This document shows, one piece after another, positions 34,645 to 44,873 of a stretch of DNA of 64,000 nucleotides; within the stretch, counting starts at the first letter, position 1; the number at the start of each line of letters is the position of its first letter. The notes under the pieces are model-generated. The model was not told where the DNA came from and ran no database searches. It worked only from the letters and a program-made list of their open reading frames with translations. Position numbers and translations under genes: made by a program. Source of the stretch: Anaerolineales bacterium (lineage in GTDB: Bacteria > Chloroflexota > Anaerolineae > Anaerolineales > UBA11579). Where the stretch lies: NCBI GenBank assembly GCA_026129305.1, contig JAHCII010000010.1, forward strand, positions 7,277 through 71,276. Reading direction: 5' to 3'.

Positions 34645-35865
34645 TCAGGTGATTGCCCCGCGTAAGGCCGCCACAGCCTGCACTTCAATGTCATTGATCG
34701 CCAAAACCTGAGCACTCATGTTCGCATACAAGCGGTCGGCTTCAACCTGACTGAGCGGGAAGCCTTGGGCCGCCTGCTTACGCAGAGCGTCAAACTGCTT
34801 TGCATTGGCCTCAATTTCTTGCATGGCATGAGGACCTTGCGTTGTGAACAGTTTATGGGAGGCTGCCTGCAGTTCACGGCCGACCTTCAGCAAATCGGAC
34901 TCTTCAGGCAGGGCAATGTCAACCAACTGCTGCCAGGCAGAGGCGCTCCTCCGGAAGAGGTCTGCGCTTTCTTTCAAATATGGGTTGCCCAGCAAAGCGG
35001 CCGCCTCCACCAGAAAGTCCGCGTACAAGGCGCGTTCTGCGCCCGGGCCACTGCCCCACAGGTTGACCCAACCGTGCAAACCTGGGCTATAGCGGTTGCC
35101 CAACAGGGCCGAAAAAAGCTGCGGTCCAGCGGGAAAGAAGCACGCCCAGCCCTGCGGGTTGCGCTGATTGGTCAGCATCTTTGCCCAATGCTGCAGAGCG
35201 GCCAAGCCAAAATTATTGCGAGTACCGCGCGGCGGCTTCTCGGTAAAAAGACGGATGCACTGCCAGATGCCGTTGTGAATGGCAGCCGGTAGTTTTTCTA
35301 TGCTGGGCAAGTCCAGGCTCAGTACGCGGTACTTATCCTTTTTGATCCGGGCGCGTGCTTGCATAAACCGATCTGCATCCACAACCCAGGCCTGGCTGGA
35401 GCGATCGGCAATATATGCCCGCTGCCCGTCATGGCCAAACACCACCAACGGCTGCATTGCCCACATCATCTCATTGGTTTTCCAACCTAAGTTGTAAGGC
35501 AGGCTGAACATATCTGCCCAGACGATGGCCGGCTGGCCGCTCTCCAGGACCGCCAGCAGGTTGGCCTGCGCCTTGGTTGGGTTTCCAGTTTGCAGGGTGG
35601 TTTGTACGACGCCCAACCGTTCTAGCAATGTCTGCAGTGGGTCAAACGTATTGCGAGTCAATAGGGCCAACTGAGGGTCGTGGCCTTGATAATGAAAGAG
35701 AAAATACCCAAAGGCAATGCCGCCGCTGATGCCCAACAGCATGGCCTCGCTCAAGGGTTTTCCGTCATGCAGGGCACGCACGTTTTGATAGGCCAGCACA
35801 TTGTGCACGCTGCCGGTTTCCCAATGCCTGCCCCCGAACTGATTGTAATTTTTTAAAATCGTCAT
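34645..35865 (-). CDS. BtrH_N / DUF4872-like protein
   Basis: 406-aa ORF with N-terminus FGGRHWETGSVHNVLAYQNV..LSEAMLLGISGGIAFGYF, resembling the butirosin BtrH N-domain family. GAAGGAGG Shine-Dalgarno sequence. Confidence 0.6.
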   Translation of the reverse strand: MTILKNYNQFGGRHWETGSVHNVLAYQNVRALHDGKPLSEAMLLGISGGIAFGYFLFHYQGHDPQLALLTRNTFDPLQTLLERLGVVQTTLQTGNPTKAQANLLAVLESGQPAIVWADMFSLPYNLGWKTNEMMWAMQPLVVFGHDGQRAYIADRSSQAWVVDADRFMQARARIKKDKYRVLSLDLPSIEKLPAAIHNGIWQCIRLFTEKPPRGTRNNFGLAALQHWAKMLTNQRNPQGWACFFPAGPQLFSALLGNRYSPGLHGWVNLWGSGPGAERALYADFLVEAAALLGNPYLKESADLFRRSASAWQQLVDIALPEESDLLKVGRELQAASHKLFTTQGPHAMQEIEANAKQFDALRKQAAQGFPLSQVEADRLYANMSAQVLAINDIEVQAVAALRGAIT

Positions 35866-35966
35866 GGAACGCCTCCTTCAAGTACATTGTAGGAGGCTAA
35901 AGACAACTTCAAGCAGAATAGCGATATAGTACCGACTTTTTTACCCCCGTCAGTATTGGTTCTCAG

Positions 35967-36974
35967 CTAAATAAAATCTTCGGCGTAATGGCAGGCCACC
36001 CAGTGCTCGGGCTCCAACTGGCGGAGCTGGGGTTCTTCCACATCGCAGTGGCCCATGCGCGCCACCGGACAGCGCGGGTGGAAGCGGCAGCCGGTGGGCG
36101 GGTTCAGCGGGCTGGGCACGTCGCCGGTGAGCAGAATGCGCTCCTTCTTCTCTGCGGGGTGCTTCTTGGGCACGGCAGACATGAGCGCCTGTGTGTAAGG
36201 ATGCAAGGGCTTCTTGAAAAGCGCTTTACGCGGCGCGATCTCCGCCACGCGACCCAGGTACATCACCGCCACACGGTGCGAGATGTGCTCCACCACCGCC
36301 AGGTTGTGGGCCACGAACAAATAAGTCAGTCCGAGCTCCTGCTGCAGGTCGGAAAGCAGATTCAGCACCTGCGCCTGGATCGAGACATCCAGAGCCGAGA
36401 CCGGCTCATCCAGCACGATGAACTTGGGATCCAAGATCAGGGCGCGGGCAATGCCGATGCGCTGGCGTTGTCCTCCGGAGAACTGGTGCGGATAGCGGGT
36501 GGCGTGATAGTCTTCCAGCCCAACCTTCCTGAGCACCGCAAGCACGCGCTCAAAGCGCTCCTGTGGATCGCCAATGCCGTGAACCACCAAGGCCTCGGCA
36601 ATCGACTCGCCCACCGGCAGGCGCGGGTCCAGCGACGAATAGGGGTCCTGAAAGACGATCTGCATATTGCGGCGCAGGTTCTTCATCCCGGCCGCATCGG
36701 CGGCCAGCACATCTTCCCCTTCGAAGAAGATGTGCCCAGCCGTGGCCTCTTCCAGGCGCAGCATGGTCTTGCTCACGGTGGTCTTGCCGCAGCCCGATTC
36801 GCCCACCAGACCCAGTGTCTCGCCAGGGTAGATGGCAAAGCTGACATCGTCCACAGCTTTCACATCCGCAACTTTGCGGCGCAGCAAGCCGCCGCGCACC
36901 GGGTAATACTTCTTAAGGTTGCGCACCTCGATCAATGGGCTGCGCCCTGGGGATGTCTGGCTTTTGGCGCTCAT
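35967..36974 (-). CDS. peptide ABC transporter ATP-binding protein (OppF/DppF-like)
   Basis: Walker [10 protein letters not shown], signature [16 protein letters not shown]-terminal oligopeptide-type extension. Start set at MSAKSQT, which overlaps the upstream stop (ATGA). Confidence 0.9.
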   Translation of the reverse strand: MSAKSQTSPGRSPLIEVRNLKKYYPVRGGLLRRKVADVKAVDDVSFAIYPGETLGLVGESGCGKTTVSKTMLRLEEATAGHIFFEGEDVLAADAAGMKNLRRNMQIVFQDPYSSLDPRLPVGESIAEALVVHGIGDPQERFERVLAVLRKVGLEDYHATRYPHQFSGGQRQRIGIARALILDPKFIVLDEPVSALDVSIQAQVLNLLSDLQQELGLTYLFVAHNLAVVEHISHRVAVMYLGRVAEIAPRKALFKKPLHPYTQALMSAVPKKHPAEKKERILLTGDVPSPLNPPTGCRFHPRCPVARMGHCDVEEPQLRQLEPEHWVACHYAEDFI

Positions 36975-38035
36975 TTGCGGTCCTTCTTGTCGGCAAACGC
37001 TTTTAGCGGCGGGGTGTGACCGGCATGCTCCTGATACAGCCAACAGCGCACTTTGTGGCCCGCATCAAATTCAATCAAGTCGGGTTCGACCTGCGTACAA
37101 ATCTCAAGGTTATGCTCCACGCGTGCACCGCAGCGGGAGGCAAAGCGGCAGCCCGGCTGCAAGTTGATCAAGCTGGGCACATTGCCCGGGATGACTTCCA
37201 AACGCTCCTTGGTGTCTCCCAGAACCGGAATGGAGCCCATCAGTCCCTGGGTGTAGGGATGCAGGGGTTTGTCGAAAAGCGCGGTCGTGTCACCTTCCTC
37301 AACGATCTTGCCCGCATACATCACAGCCACACGGTCAGCCAGCTCGGCAATTACGCCCAGGTCATGGGTGATCAGGATCACGGCCGTGTCGGTCGTGTCG
37401 CGCAGGTCCTGCATCAGGTCCAAAATTTGGGCCTGGATGGTGGCGTCCAGCGCCGTGGTGGGCTCATCGGCGATCAGCAGCCGCGGCTTCAGCGCCAGCG
37501 CCATGGCGATCATCACGCGCTGGGCTTGCCCGCCCGACAGTTCGTGCGGATAAGCCTGGGCCTTGCGCTCCGGGTCCGGGATGCCCACCCGGCGCAGCAA
37601 TTCGACGGCCTGCTGGCGGGCGTCCTTTTCGCTGATGGTTTCATGGATCTTGAAGACTTCCACGATCTGGTCGCCGATGGTGAACACCGGGTTGAGGCTA
37701 CTCTTGGGTTGCTGGAAGATCATGGAGATCTGGCTGCCGCGCACTTTGGTCATTTCAGCAGGCGTTTTGTCCAGCAAGTTCTCCCCTTGCAGCAAGACTT
37801 GGCCATCCACGATTTTCCCTGGAGTATCCACCAAACGCATCAGGGATAACGAGGTAACACTTTTGCCACAGCCCGACTCGCCCACCAAGCCAAACACTTG
37901 GCGCGGGGCTACCTGGAAGTCCACACCGTCAACCGCCGTCAACACGCCGTCATCGGTATAGAAGTAGGTCTTGAGATTCTGGACGTCCAGCAGGGGTTGG
38001 GTGGTGGTTTTCTTTGTCGACATGCTTGCAGTCAT
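36971..38035 (-). CDS. peptide ABC transporter ATP-binding protein (OppD/DppD-like)
   Basis: Walker [10 protein letters not shown], signature [15 protein letters not shown]. Start set at MTASMSTKK, just after the permease stop. Confidence 0.9.
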   Translation of the reverse strand: MTASMSTKKTTTQPLLDVQNLKTYFYTDDGVLTAVDGVDFQVAPRQVFGLVGESGCGKSVTSLSLMRLVDTPGKIVDGQVLLQGENLLDKTPAEMTKVRGSQISMIFQQPKSSLNPVFTIGDQIVEVFKIHETISEKDARQQAVELLRRVGIPDPERKAQAYPHELSGGQAQRVMIAMALALKPRLLIADEPTTALDATIQAQILDLMQDLRDTTDTAVILITHDLGVIAELADRVAVMYAGKIVEEGDTTALFDKPLHPYTQGLMGSIPVLGDTKERLEVIPGNVPSLINLQPGCRFASRCGARVEHNLEICTQVEPDLIEFDAGHKVRCWLYQEHAGHTPPLKAFADKKDRK

Positions 38036-38036
38036 C

Positions 38037-38996
38037 CTAGGACTTGGCCAGTTGCGCCAGGCGGGGGTCCATGGCGTCCCGGAAACCATCGCCCAGCAGA
38101 TTGAAGGCCAGCACCGTGACCATAATGGCGATGCCGGGGAAAAAGACCAAATGTGGAGAGGTGAAGACCTGGTTGCGCTCCGTGCCCAGCATGGTGCCCC
38201 ATTCGGCCAGCGGCGGCTGGGCACCGAGGCCCAGAAAAGAGAGCGCCGCAGCTTCTAGAATGGCGCCGCCAATGCTGAGGGTGGCCTGCACGATCAAGGT
38301 CGGGATGGCATTGGGCAGAATGCGAATAAAGAGAATGCGCAGCGGGCTGGCGCCCAGCGAACGCGAAGCAGTGACAAAATCCAACTCTTTGAGGGACATC
38401 ACGCTGGAGCGCACCAGACGTGCAAATACAGGTACGTTCACTATCGCGATCGCGTACAGCGCATTCTGCAGGCCGCGCCCCAATACGGTGATGATCGCAA
38501 TCGCCAGCAGGAAGGAGGGAAAGGCCAGAATTACATCCATGATGCGCATAATGATGTTGTCCACCCAGCCCCCGGCGTAACCGGAGACCGCGCCAATGAT
38601 GGTGCCAAAGATGACCGCCAAGCCGATCGTGGAAAAGCCGATAAACAGGGAGACCCGCGTGCCGTAGATGATGCGGCTGTACTGGTCGCGCACGTTGCCG
38701 TCCACACCCATGTAATGCTCCGGCTGGTCTGCGGGGCAGCCCAGCAAGTGAATGCATGGCCCAGCCCGCTTGTCAATGCTTTCCACACCAATCAGCGATT
38801 GGTCGGGGTCGTAAGGCGCCAGGGCCGGGGCAAAGATGGCCACCAAAACCAGAAAACCCAGGATCAGCATGCCAACCTGGGCATTGCGCTGGCGGAAGAG
38901 ACGCCGGAATGTAAGAAAGAGCAAACTATTGTTGCGATAGTCTTGCACTTGCTCAACCGAAGCGACAGGGGGACTTTGAACAGCCACGGCGCTCAC
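38037..38996 (-). CDS. peptide ABC transporter permease (OppC/DppC-like)
   Basis: 319-aa ORF, 6 TM segments, EAA-loop region SLGASPLRILFRHILPN-like. Confidence 0.9.
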   Translation of the reverse strand: MSAVAVQSPPVASVEQVQDYRNNSLLFLTFRRLFRQRNAQVGMLILGFLVLVAIFAPALAPYDPDQSLIGVESIDKRAGPCIHLLGCPADQPEHYMGVDGNVRDQYSRIIYGTRVSLFIGFSTIGLAVIFGTIIGAVSGYAGGWVDNIIMRIMDVILAFPSFLLAIAIITVLGRGLQNALYAIAIVNVPVFARLVRSSVMSLKELDFVTASRSLGASPLRILFIRILPNAIPTLIVQATLSIGGAILEAAALSFLGLGAQPPLAEWGTMLGTERNQVFTSPHLVFFPGIAIMVTVLAFNLLGDGFRDAMDPRLAQLAKS

Positions 38997-40079
38997 CTAC
39001 TCAATCTTGATGCGGGGGTCAATAAAAGCATAGCAGATATCGACAATCAAATTAATCGCCACGTAGCCCACGGCAATCACCACTGTGAAAGCCTGGATGA
39101 CGGGAAAGTCTCTCCCGGTGATGGCGTCAAACAGGGCGCGGCCCACTCCGGAAAAACTGAAGATGGTTTCGGTGAGCACCGCGCCGGCAAACAACGTGCC
39201 GGTCTGCAAGCCGACTACCGTGATAATGGGCAACAGTGCGTTGCGCAATGCGTGCTTGAGTATCACAGCACGTTCGGCCAAGCCTTTGGCCCGGGCTGTG
39301 CGCACATATTCAGCACCCAGCACATCCAGCATGCTGGAGCGTGTGATGCGGGCAATAATTGCCAGGGGAATGGTACTGAGGGCCACGGCGGGCAATATCA
39401 GATGCTTGATGCCGTCCGAAAAGACATGCCATTGGCCGGTGATAAATGAATTAAATAAGACCAAGTTGCTGAAGAAATCAGCTGCTTGCGCTCCCAAGCT
39501 GCCAGAAACCAATTGCCAGTCCCACACTTTGTAGAAAGGAGCAGCGATCACGCCAGCCGTTAAGCGGCCACTGGGGGGCAGCCAAAAAGGCGTATCTTTC
39601 AAAAAAATGGAAAACACGTAAGCCAGCATCAATCCCAGCCAGTACACCGGCATGGATACGCCAATGTTGGAGCCGACCATGGCGGCCACATCAATGCGCG
39701 AATTGCGCTTCACCGCAGACAGGATGCCAGCGGGGATGCCAACCATCACGGCCAAGATCAGGGCAGAAACTCCGAGCTCCAGCGTCACCGGCAAACGCTC
39801 GATCAGCATCAGCGACACCGGCCGGCTGTAGCGGATGGAGCTGCCAAAATCCCCTTCCAGCAAGATCTGGCGCATGTAGATGCCCAGCTGCACCAGCACG
39901 GGCTGATCCAAACCCATGCGTTGATTAAAGGCTTCGCAGGCTGCCTCTGTGGCGCGTTCACCCAGGGCGGAACGACAGGGGTCCCCCGGAATGGCCCGGG
40001 CGATAAGAAAAGTGACAACCAGGATGCCGAGGATTACAGGAATGGCCAGCAGTACGCGGCGTACGATGTATTGGATCAT
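38997..40079 (-). CDS. peptide ABC transporter permease (OppB/DppB-like)
   Basis: Typical N-terminus MIQYIVRRVLLAIPVILGILVVTFLI. EAA loop ARAKGLAERAVILKHALRNAL. Confidence 0.9.
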   Translation of the reverse strand: MIQYIVRRVLLAIPVILGILVVTFLIARAIPGDPCRSALGERATEAACEAFNQRMGLDQPVLVQLGIYMRQILLEGDFGSSIRYSRPVSLMLIERLPVTLELGVSALILAVMVGIPAGILSAVKRNSRIDVAAMVGSNIGVSMPVYWLGLMLAYVFSIFLKDTPFWLPPSGRLTAGVIAAPFYKVWDWQLVSGSLGAQAADFFSNLVLFNSFITGQWHVFSDGIKHLILPAVALSTIPLAIIARITRSSMLDVLGAEYVRTARAKGLAERAVILKHALRNALLPIITVVGLQTGTLFAGAVLTETIFSFSGVGRALFDAITGRDFPVIQAFTVVIAVGYVAINLIVDICYAFIDPRIKIE

Positions 40080-40093
40080 AGCAGTGTCCAAAA

Positions 40094-40141
40094 GTGCGCG
40101 GGGTGGGTAGTTCCGCCAAGGCGGCCCCACCCCGCGCACTC
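40094..40141 (-). promoter_or_regulatory. intercistronic 15-bp stem-loop between the binding-protein and permease genes
   Basis: AGTGCGCGGGGTGGG / CCCACCCCGCGCACT with an 18-nt loop. A short U-tract follows on the minus strand. Confidence 0.6.
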
Positions 40142-40186
40142 AAGCTCTAAACATCAGAGCCTTGCGCGGATGGAAGATACTTGTTC

Positions 40187-41878
40187 TTATTCCGCGTTGA
40201 TCAAGGCATCCCACAGGTAAGCAAAGTAATCGAAGCTGCCTGTGTTGCCCACGTGGTTCGGGTTGGAAGCATCCAGACCGGCGGCGAAGGAAGCCACCAC
40301 ATCGTTGGCGTCAAAGTCAGAGCCATCGTGGAACTTCACGCCATCACGCAGCGTGCAGACCCAAACTGTGGAGTCATCATTCGGGGTACAAGCCGTAGCC
40401 AGTTCAGGCACGGTGTCGCCAGAATCGGTAGCGTAGTCCAGCAGGGTTTCCACCACTTGCTGGCACGGGCGCAGCGATTCGCCGTCGGTTTCGTCGGCGC
40501 AGTACAGGCTGATCGGTTCAGCGTTCTGGACGTAGACCAGCGTATCCGCACCCGAATCCATGCGATAGAACTCGTTGGAGCCGAAAGGCGGATAGTAGGC
40601 GCCGCCCAAGCTGGCGGAAGCCGCATGGGCCACAGAGCCGTGAGCCACCGGCACCATGGGTACCAGTTCCTTGATGGCATTGTTGGCCTGGGCGTACAAC
40701 GGGGCCGCTTCAGCCAAGTCACCGATCGAGGAAGCCTGCTGCAGCACTTCGTAGATCTCGGGGTGGGCGTTACCCAGCTGCGGGTTGCCGGCACCGAAGT
40801 GGAAGTCCAAGAAGTTGGTGATGTGCGGGTAGTCCGCGCCCCAACCCAACAGGTGAATGCCGTCCAGGGCGCCGGTGGTGGCCAGTTCAATGAACTCGCC
40901 GGATTCCATCGGAACCACTTGGGCGTTGATGCCCAGGTTCTCACGCAGCTGAGCCTGGATTTCCACAGCTACCAGCGGGGGTTCCGGCAGGTAAGCGCGG
41001 AACACATCGCGATAGTAGATGGAAGTGTCGAAACCATCCGGGAAGCCGGCTTCAGCCAACAGGGCGCGGGCCGCTTCGGGGTCAAACTCGTACCAGTCCT
41101 CACCTTCGCAGCCATTGGGGATGCCGCAGGGGGTGAAGGAATGCGGCACTTCCGATCCAGGAGGATAGAAGTTATCCACAATGCGCTGGCGGTCAATACC
41201 CATGGCAACGGCCTGGCGTACGCGAACGTCATCCCAGGGCGCAAAGGTATTGGTGAAACCAATGTAAAAGACGTTGGGGTTGTCCTGCGGGATCAACACC
41301 AGGTTCGGGTCGCTTTCCACAGTGGCATAGTCATCCGGGCTGATGTTGGTCACGAAGTTAGCCGTGCCAGCCTGCAGTTCCTGCAGGCGAGCGGCGCCTT
41401 CAGTAGCCCAGCGCAGCACAGCGGTTTGGGCCGAGCCGGCTTCACCCCAGTATCCGTCAAAGCGGGTGAAGACCACCTGGTCGCCACGTACCCATTCGCT
41501 GACCATGTAGGGACCGGTACCAATCGGGCGTTCCAGCAGTTCGCCGGTGCCACCGGTGGAAGCGATCCACTCCTTCGGCTGAATGCCAAAGGGAGTAAAG
41601 GCGATCTTGGCCAGGAAGGCCGGATCCGGCTTACACAGATTGAACTGCACGGTCAGGCGGTCGACAGCTTCGATGGACAGGACCTTGCCGCCGTAATCGC
41701 AGCTGCCTGCATCCAAGATGTCACCAGCAAAGTCTCCAGCCGGGCCCGTTTCAGCCCCAGTGTCATCAGCAGGGGCGCTGGTGTCTTGGGCGGGGGCGGC
41801 CGGAGAGCCGCAAGCAACCAACAACAGGCTGGCCACTACCAATAGCGCTAAAGCGCTAAACAGCTTTTGCCTTTTCAT
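40187..41878 (-). CDS. peptide ABC transporter substrate-binding lipoprotein (family 5)
   Basis: 563-aa ORF with lipobox LLLVAC-GS, an AGGAGAG Shine-Dalgarno sequence and a family-5 SBP composition. Confidence 0.9.
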   Translation of the reverse strand: MKRQKLFSALALLVVASLLLVACGSPAAPAQDTSAPADDTGAETGPAGDFAGDILDAGSCDYGGKVLSIEAVDRLTVQFNLCKPDPAFLAKIAFTPFGIQPKEWIASTGGTGELLERPIGTGPYMVSEWVRGDQVVFTRFDGYWGEAGSAQTAVLRWATEGAARLQELQAGTANFVTNISPDDYATVESDPNLVLIPQDNPNVFYIGFTNTFAPWDDVRVRQAVAMGIDRQRIVDNFYPPGSEVPHSFTPCGIPNGCEGEDWYEFDPEAARALLAEAGFPDGFDTSIYYRDVFRAYLPEPPLVAVEIQAQLRENLGINAQVVPMESGEFIELATTGALDGIHLLGWGADYPHITNFLDFHFGAGNPQLGNAHPEIYEVLQQASSIGDLAEAAPLYAQANNAIKELVPMVPVAHGSVAHAASASLGGAYYPPFGSNEFYRMDSGADTLVYVQNAEPISLYCADETDGESLRPCQQVVETLLDYATDSGDTVPELATACTPNDDSTVWVCTLRDGVKFHDGSDFDANDVVASFAAGLDASNPNHVGNTGSFDYFAYLWDALINAE

Positions 41879-41974
41879 ATACTCTCCTAGGTTTTGTCTC
41901 TCTTCTTCTAGAAAACCACACGTACTATCAACAACGATCTGTTAACCACCTCCTCTCAGAAGGTTTAACAGGCC

Positions 41975-42003
41975 ATTATAGGGGCATTCATTTCAGCGGT
42001 CAA
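41975..42003 (-). promoter_or_regulatory. sigma70 promoter of the peptide ABC operon
   Basis: Minus strand reads TTGACC, 17-nt spacer, TATAAT. Followed by a leader of about 96 nt. Confidence 0.65.
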
Positions 42004-42026
42004 CAATGTCTTTCTCAGCGCCTCAA

Positions 42027-42779
42027 TCAATGCTGCAGGATCTGGGAAAGGAACAGCTTGGTGCGGTCTTGGGTGGGGTTATTAAAAATTTGTTGTGGGG
42101 TACCCTGCTCCACGACCAGGCCCTGGTCCATGAAGATCACTTGATCGGCGGCGACGCGCGCAAAGCCCATCTCATGCGTGACCACAATCATGGTCATCCC
42201 GTCCTTGGCCAGATCCAACATCACATCCAGCACTTCTTTGATCATTTCCGGGTCCAGAGCGCTGGTGGGCTCGTCAAAGAGCATGATCTTGGGGTTCATC
42301 GCCAGGGCACGCGCGATGGCTACGCGCTGCTGCTGGCCGCCAGAGAGCTGAGCCGGAAAGGAGTGCGCTTTCTCAGAAATGCCAACCCGTTCCAGTTGTT
42401 TCTTGGCAACTTCTTCCGCCTCGGCTTTGCCGCGGCCGCGCACCACGCGCTGAGCCAGCATGATGTTCTCCAGCACTGTGAGGTGCGGGAACAAATTGAA
42501 GAGCTGAAAGACCATGCCAATTTCGGCACGGATCTCATCGATGTCTTTGTTCTTCTCGTTCAAGCGCTTGCCATCCACCCAGACCTCACCATGTGTCTCT
42601 ACTTCCAAGTGGTTGATGCAGCGCAGCAACGTGCTCTTGCCGGAGCCGCTGGGGCCGACGATCACGACCACCTTGCCGCGTTCCACCAAGAGGTCTACGC
42701 CGCGCAAAGCGTGAACATCCTTGCCAAAGGTCTTGTGAAGACTTTTGATTTCGATGATGGGCTTACTTGCGACCGGCAT
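42027..42779 (-). CDS. polar amino-acid ABC transporter ATP-binding protein
   Basis: 250-aa ORF with Walker [10 protein letters not shown], signature [15 protein letters not shown] and Walker [13 protein letters not shown]. Confidence 0.93.
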   Translation of the reverse strand: MPVASKPIIEIKSLHKTFGKDVHALRGVDLLVERGKVVVIVGPSGSGKSTLLRCINHLEVETHGEVWVDGKRLNEKNKDIDEIRAEIGMVFQLFNLFPHLTVLENIMLAQRVVRGRGKAEAEEVAKKQLERVGISEKAHSFPAQLSGGQQQRVAIARALAMNPKIMLFDEPTSALDPEMIKEVLDVMLDLAKDGMTMIVVTHEMGFARVAADQVIFMDQGLVVEQGTPQQIFNNPTQDRTKLFLSQILQH

Positions 42780-43569
42780 GCAGACGCCTTTCCAGCCATT
42801 GCACCAGGGCGGAGAGCACCAGAGTCATGCTGAGATAGAGTACCGCCAATACGGTATAGGCTTCACGGAAACGGAAGGTGGAGCCCGCATGCAAGCGGGC
42901 CACCTGGGTAATATCGCGCACCGCCAGGACAGAAACCAGCGAGGAGTCTTTGAGCATGGCAACGAAATCATTGCCCAATGCGGGGAGCACATTGCGGATG
43001 GCCTGCGGCAGGATCACATAGCGCATCGCCTTGGTGTAGCTCATGCCCAGCGAGCGAGCTGCCTCCATTTGGCCGCGGTCGATGGATTGGATGCCGGCCC
43101 GGAAGATCTCCGCCAGGAAGGCGCCGTAGGTCACGGCCAGGGCGATGATGGCACGCACGTTCATGGGGACATCACGTCCGGCGACGCCAAAGAACCCGGC
43201 GAAATCCACCACGGCGACAAAAGCAATGTAAAAGATCAGCACCAGCATGGGGATGCCGCGCACCACTTCCACATAAAAACGCGCAATATTGCTGAAAATC
43301 ACGTTGCGCGAAACACGACCCAGCCCCATGATGAGGCCGATCACCAGCGCCAGCGCATAAGCATACAGAGTGGTTTGGACAGTGATGCTAATGCCTTGAA
43401 CAATAAAGAGCAGTGAAGCTTGATAGCTTTCGTTGGTGGCAACAAAATAGGCTGACCCGATCAACACAAGAATGATTGCCACCAGCCACCAGGGGAAGCG
43501 GGCAAGCCGGTCCCAAAGACTTTCGACAATCAGCGGGGTCTCTTTTGATGCAGCTTTAGTCAAAATCAC
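42763..43569 (-). CDS. polar amino-acid ABC transporter permease
   Basis: 268-aa ORF with a His/Glu/Gln/Arg-type permease EAA region [32 protein letters not shown]. Confidence 0.9.
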   Translation of the reverse strand: MILTKAASKETPLIVESLWDRLARFPWWLVAIILVLIGSAYFVATNESYQASLLFIVQGISITVQTTLYAYALALVIGLIMGLGRVSRNVIFSNIARFYVEVVRGIPMLVLIFYIAFVAVVDFAGFFGVAGRDVPMNVRAIIALAVTYGAFLAEIFRAGIQSIDRGQMEAARSLGMSYTKAMRYVILPQAIRNVLPALGNDFVAMLKDSSLVSVLAVRDITQVARLHAGSTFRFREAYTVLAVLYLSMTLVLSALVQWLERRLHAGRK

Positions 43570-43586
43570 CTCTCAACTGGGAAATC

Positions 43587-43627
43587 AAAACGCGGTGCAG
43601 AACTTCACAGTCCTGCACCGCGTTTTT
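43587..43627 (-). terminator. intercistronic intrinsic-terminator-like hairpin after the binding-protein gene
   Basis: Stem CGCGGTGCAG / CTGCACCGCG with a 12-nt loop, flanked by A4 and T5 runs. Confidence 0.65.
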
Positions 43628-43657
43628 ACTACACGTTAAGCTTCGCAGGTAGTCTTA

Positions 43658-44515
43658 CTAGCCGCCGCAAGCGATACCAGTATCGGTGTACTCGCAGTTG
43701 AAGTTGGCGCCAAAGTAAATCGCGTTCAGTTCATTCAGCTTGCCATCAGCCATCATGGACTGCAAAGCGGCATTCACCGCGGCCACCAAGTCGCTGCCCT
43801 TGGGGAAGATGAAGCCCAGCTCGTCGCTGGACATCGAGGGGCCAACCAGCTTCAGGTCCTCGGCGTTGGCGCCAAGGTAACCCTGACCAGCGGTCTCGTC
43901 GATGATCACCGCGTCCACGTCACCTGCGATCAGAGCCTGAACAGCAAAGGGGAACTGCTCAAAAGCCTGAATGCGGTCGGCGGGCAGATACTGCAGGGCG
44001 GTTTCGTAGTTGGTGGTGCCGGTCTGGGTGCCCAGAACCAAGCTCTCGTCATTGACGATGCTGTCAATGCTCTCGATGCGATCCTCATCCACGCGCACCA
44101 GCAGACGCTGCTCGATGGCCACATAACCAACCGAGAAGTCCACGATCTGAGCGCGGTCCTCGGTGATGGTGATGCCGTCAGCAGCAGCGTCATATTGGCC
44201 ATCGGCCACAGCCTGGATCATGCCTTCCCAAGCTGCCTCAACATAGACCGGAACGCAGTTCAGGCGGGCGCAGATCTCGTCCCAGGCCGCGTAGTCCCAG
44301 CCGCCAGCTTCGCCGCTGACTTCGTCAATGTAATTGAAGGGCAGGTAGGCATTCTCGATGGCAATCGTCACCTCACGGCCGCCCAGATCAGGCAACCCTT
44401 CGGTGCTGGAGCCACCGCTGGCGGGGCCATCGCCGGCTGCCGGAGCACCAGCGCATGCAGCCAAAACCAGGCTGCCCAGAATAAGCAGGGAAAACACTAC
44501 ATTCAGCTTCTTCAT
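43658..44515 (-). CDS. amino-acid ABC transporter substrate-binding lipoprotein (family 3)
   Basis: Start set at MKKLNVVFSLLILGSLVLAAC-AG, which has a GGAGGA Shine-Dalgarno sequence. Motif LPFNYIDE..GWDYAAWDEIC. Confidence 0.88.
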   Translation of the reverse strand: MKKLNVVFSLLILGSLVLAACAGAPAAGDGPASGGSSTEGLPDLGGREVTIAIENAYLPFNYIDEVSGEAGGWDYAAWDEICARLNCVPVYVEAAWEGMIQAVADGQYDAAADGITITEDRAQIVDFSVGYVAIEQRLLVRVDEDRIESIDSIVNDESLVLGTQTGTTNYETALQYLPADRIQAFEQFPFAVQALIAGDVDAVIIDETAGQGYLGANAEDLKLVGPSMSSDELGFIFPKGSDLVAAVNAALQSMMADGKLNELNAIYFGANFNCEYTDTGIACGG

Positions 44516-44597
44516 TCTTCTTCCTCCGTAAGGGGTGGACAAAACTAAGCGTAATTTATCACGAAACAAGCCAGGGAATCAACTGGCTGTGAAACTT

Positions 44598-44759
44598 TTA
44601 AGCGTCTTTTTCATCCTTGGGTTCGTCTTCGCCCGCCAATCCTTTACGGAAGGAGCGGATACCTTCACCCAAGTCTTTCCCCAATTGACCCAGGCGCCCC
44701 ACCCCAAATACCAAGACGACAATCACAAGGATAATGATCCATTCAGCACCACGCGGCAT
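44598..44759 (-). CDS. tatA: twin-arginine translocase subunit TatA/E
   Basis: 53-aa ORF, not in the track. Sequence [60 protein letters not shown] Shine-Dalgarno sequence. Confidence 0.8.
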   Translation of the reverse strand: MPRGAEWIIILVIVVLVFGVGRLGQLGKDLGEGIRSFRKGLAGEDEPKDEKDA

Positions 44760-44873
44760 TTTCACTCCCGGCCCCTTGCGGGGTCTATGCAGGTATTTTA
44801 CCCAAAGTGGTGTATTTATCTAAGCAGGTTCATTAGAATACACCCTGAGGGAAATCCATCGAAGCGAGCCATC

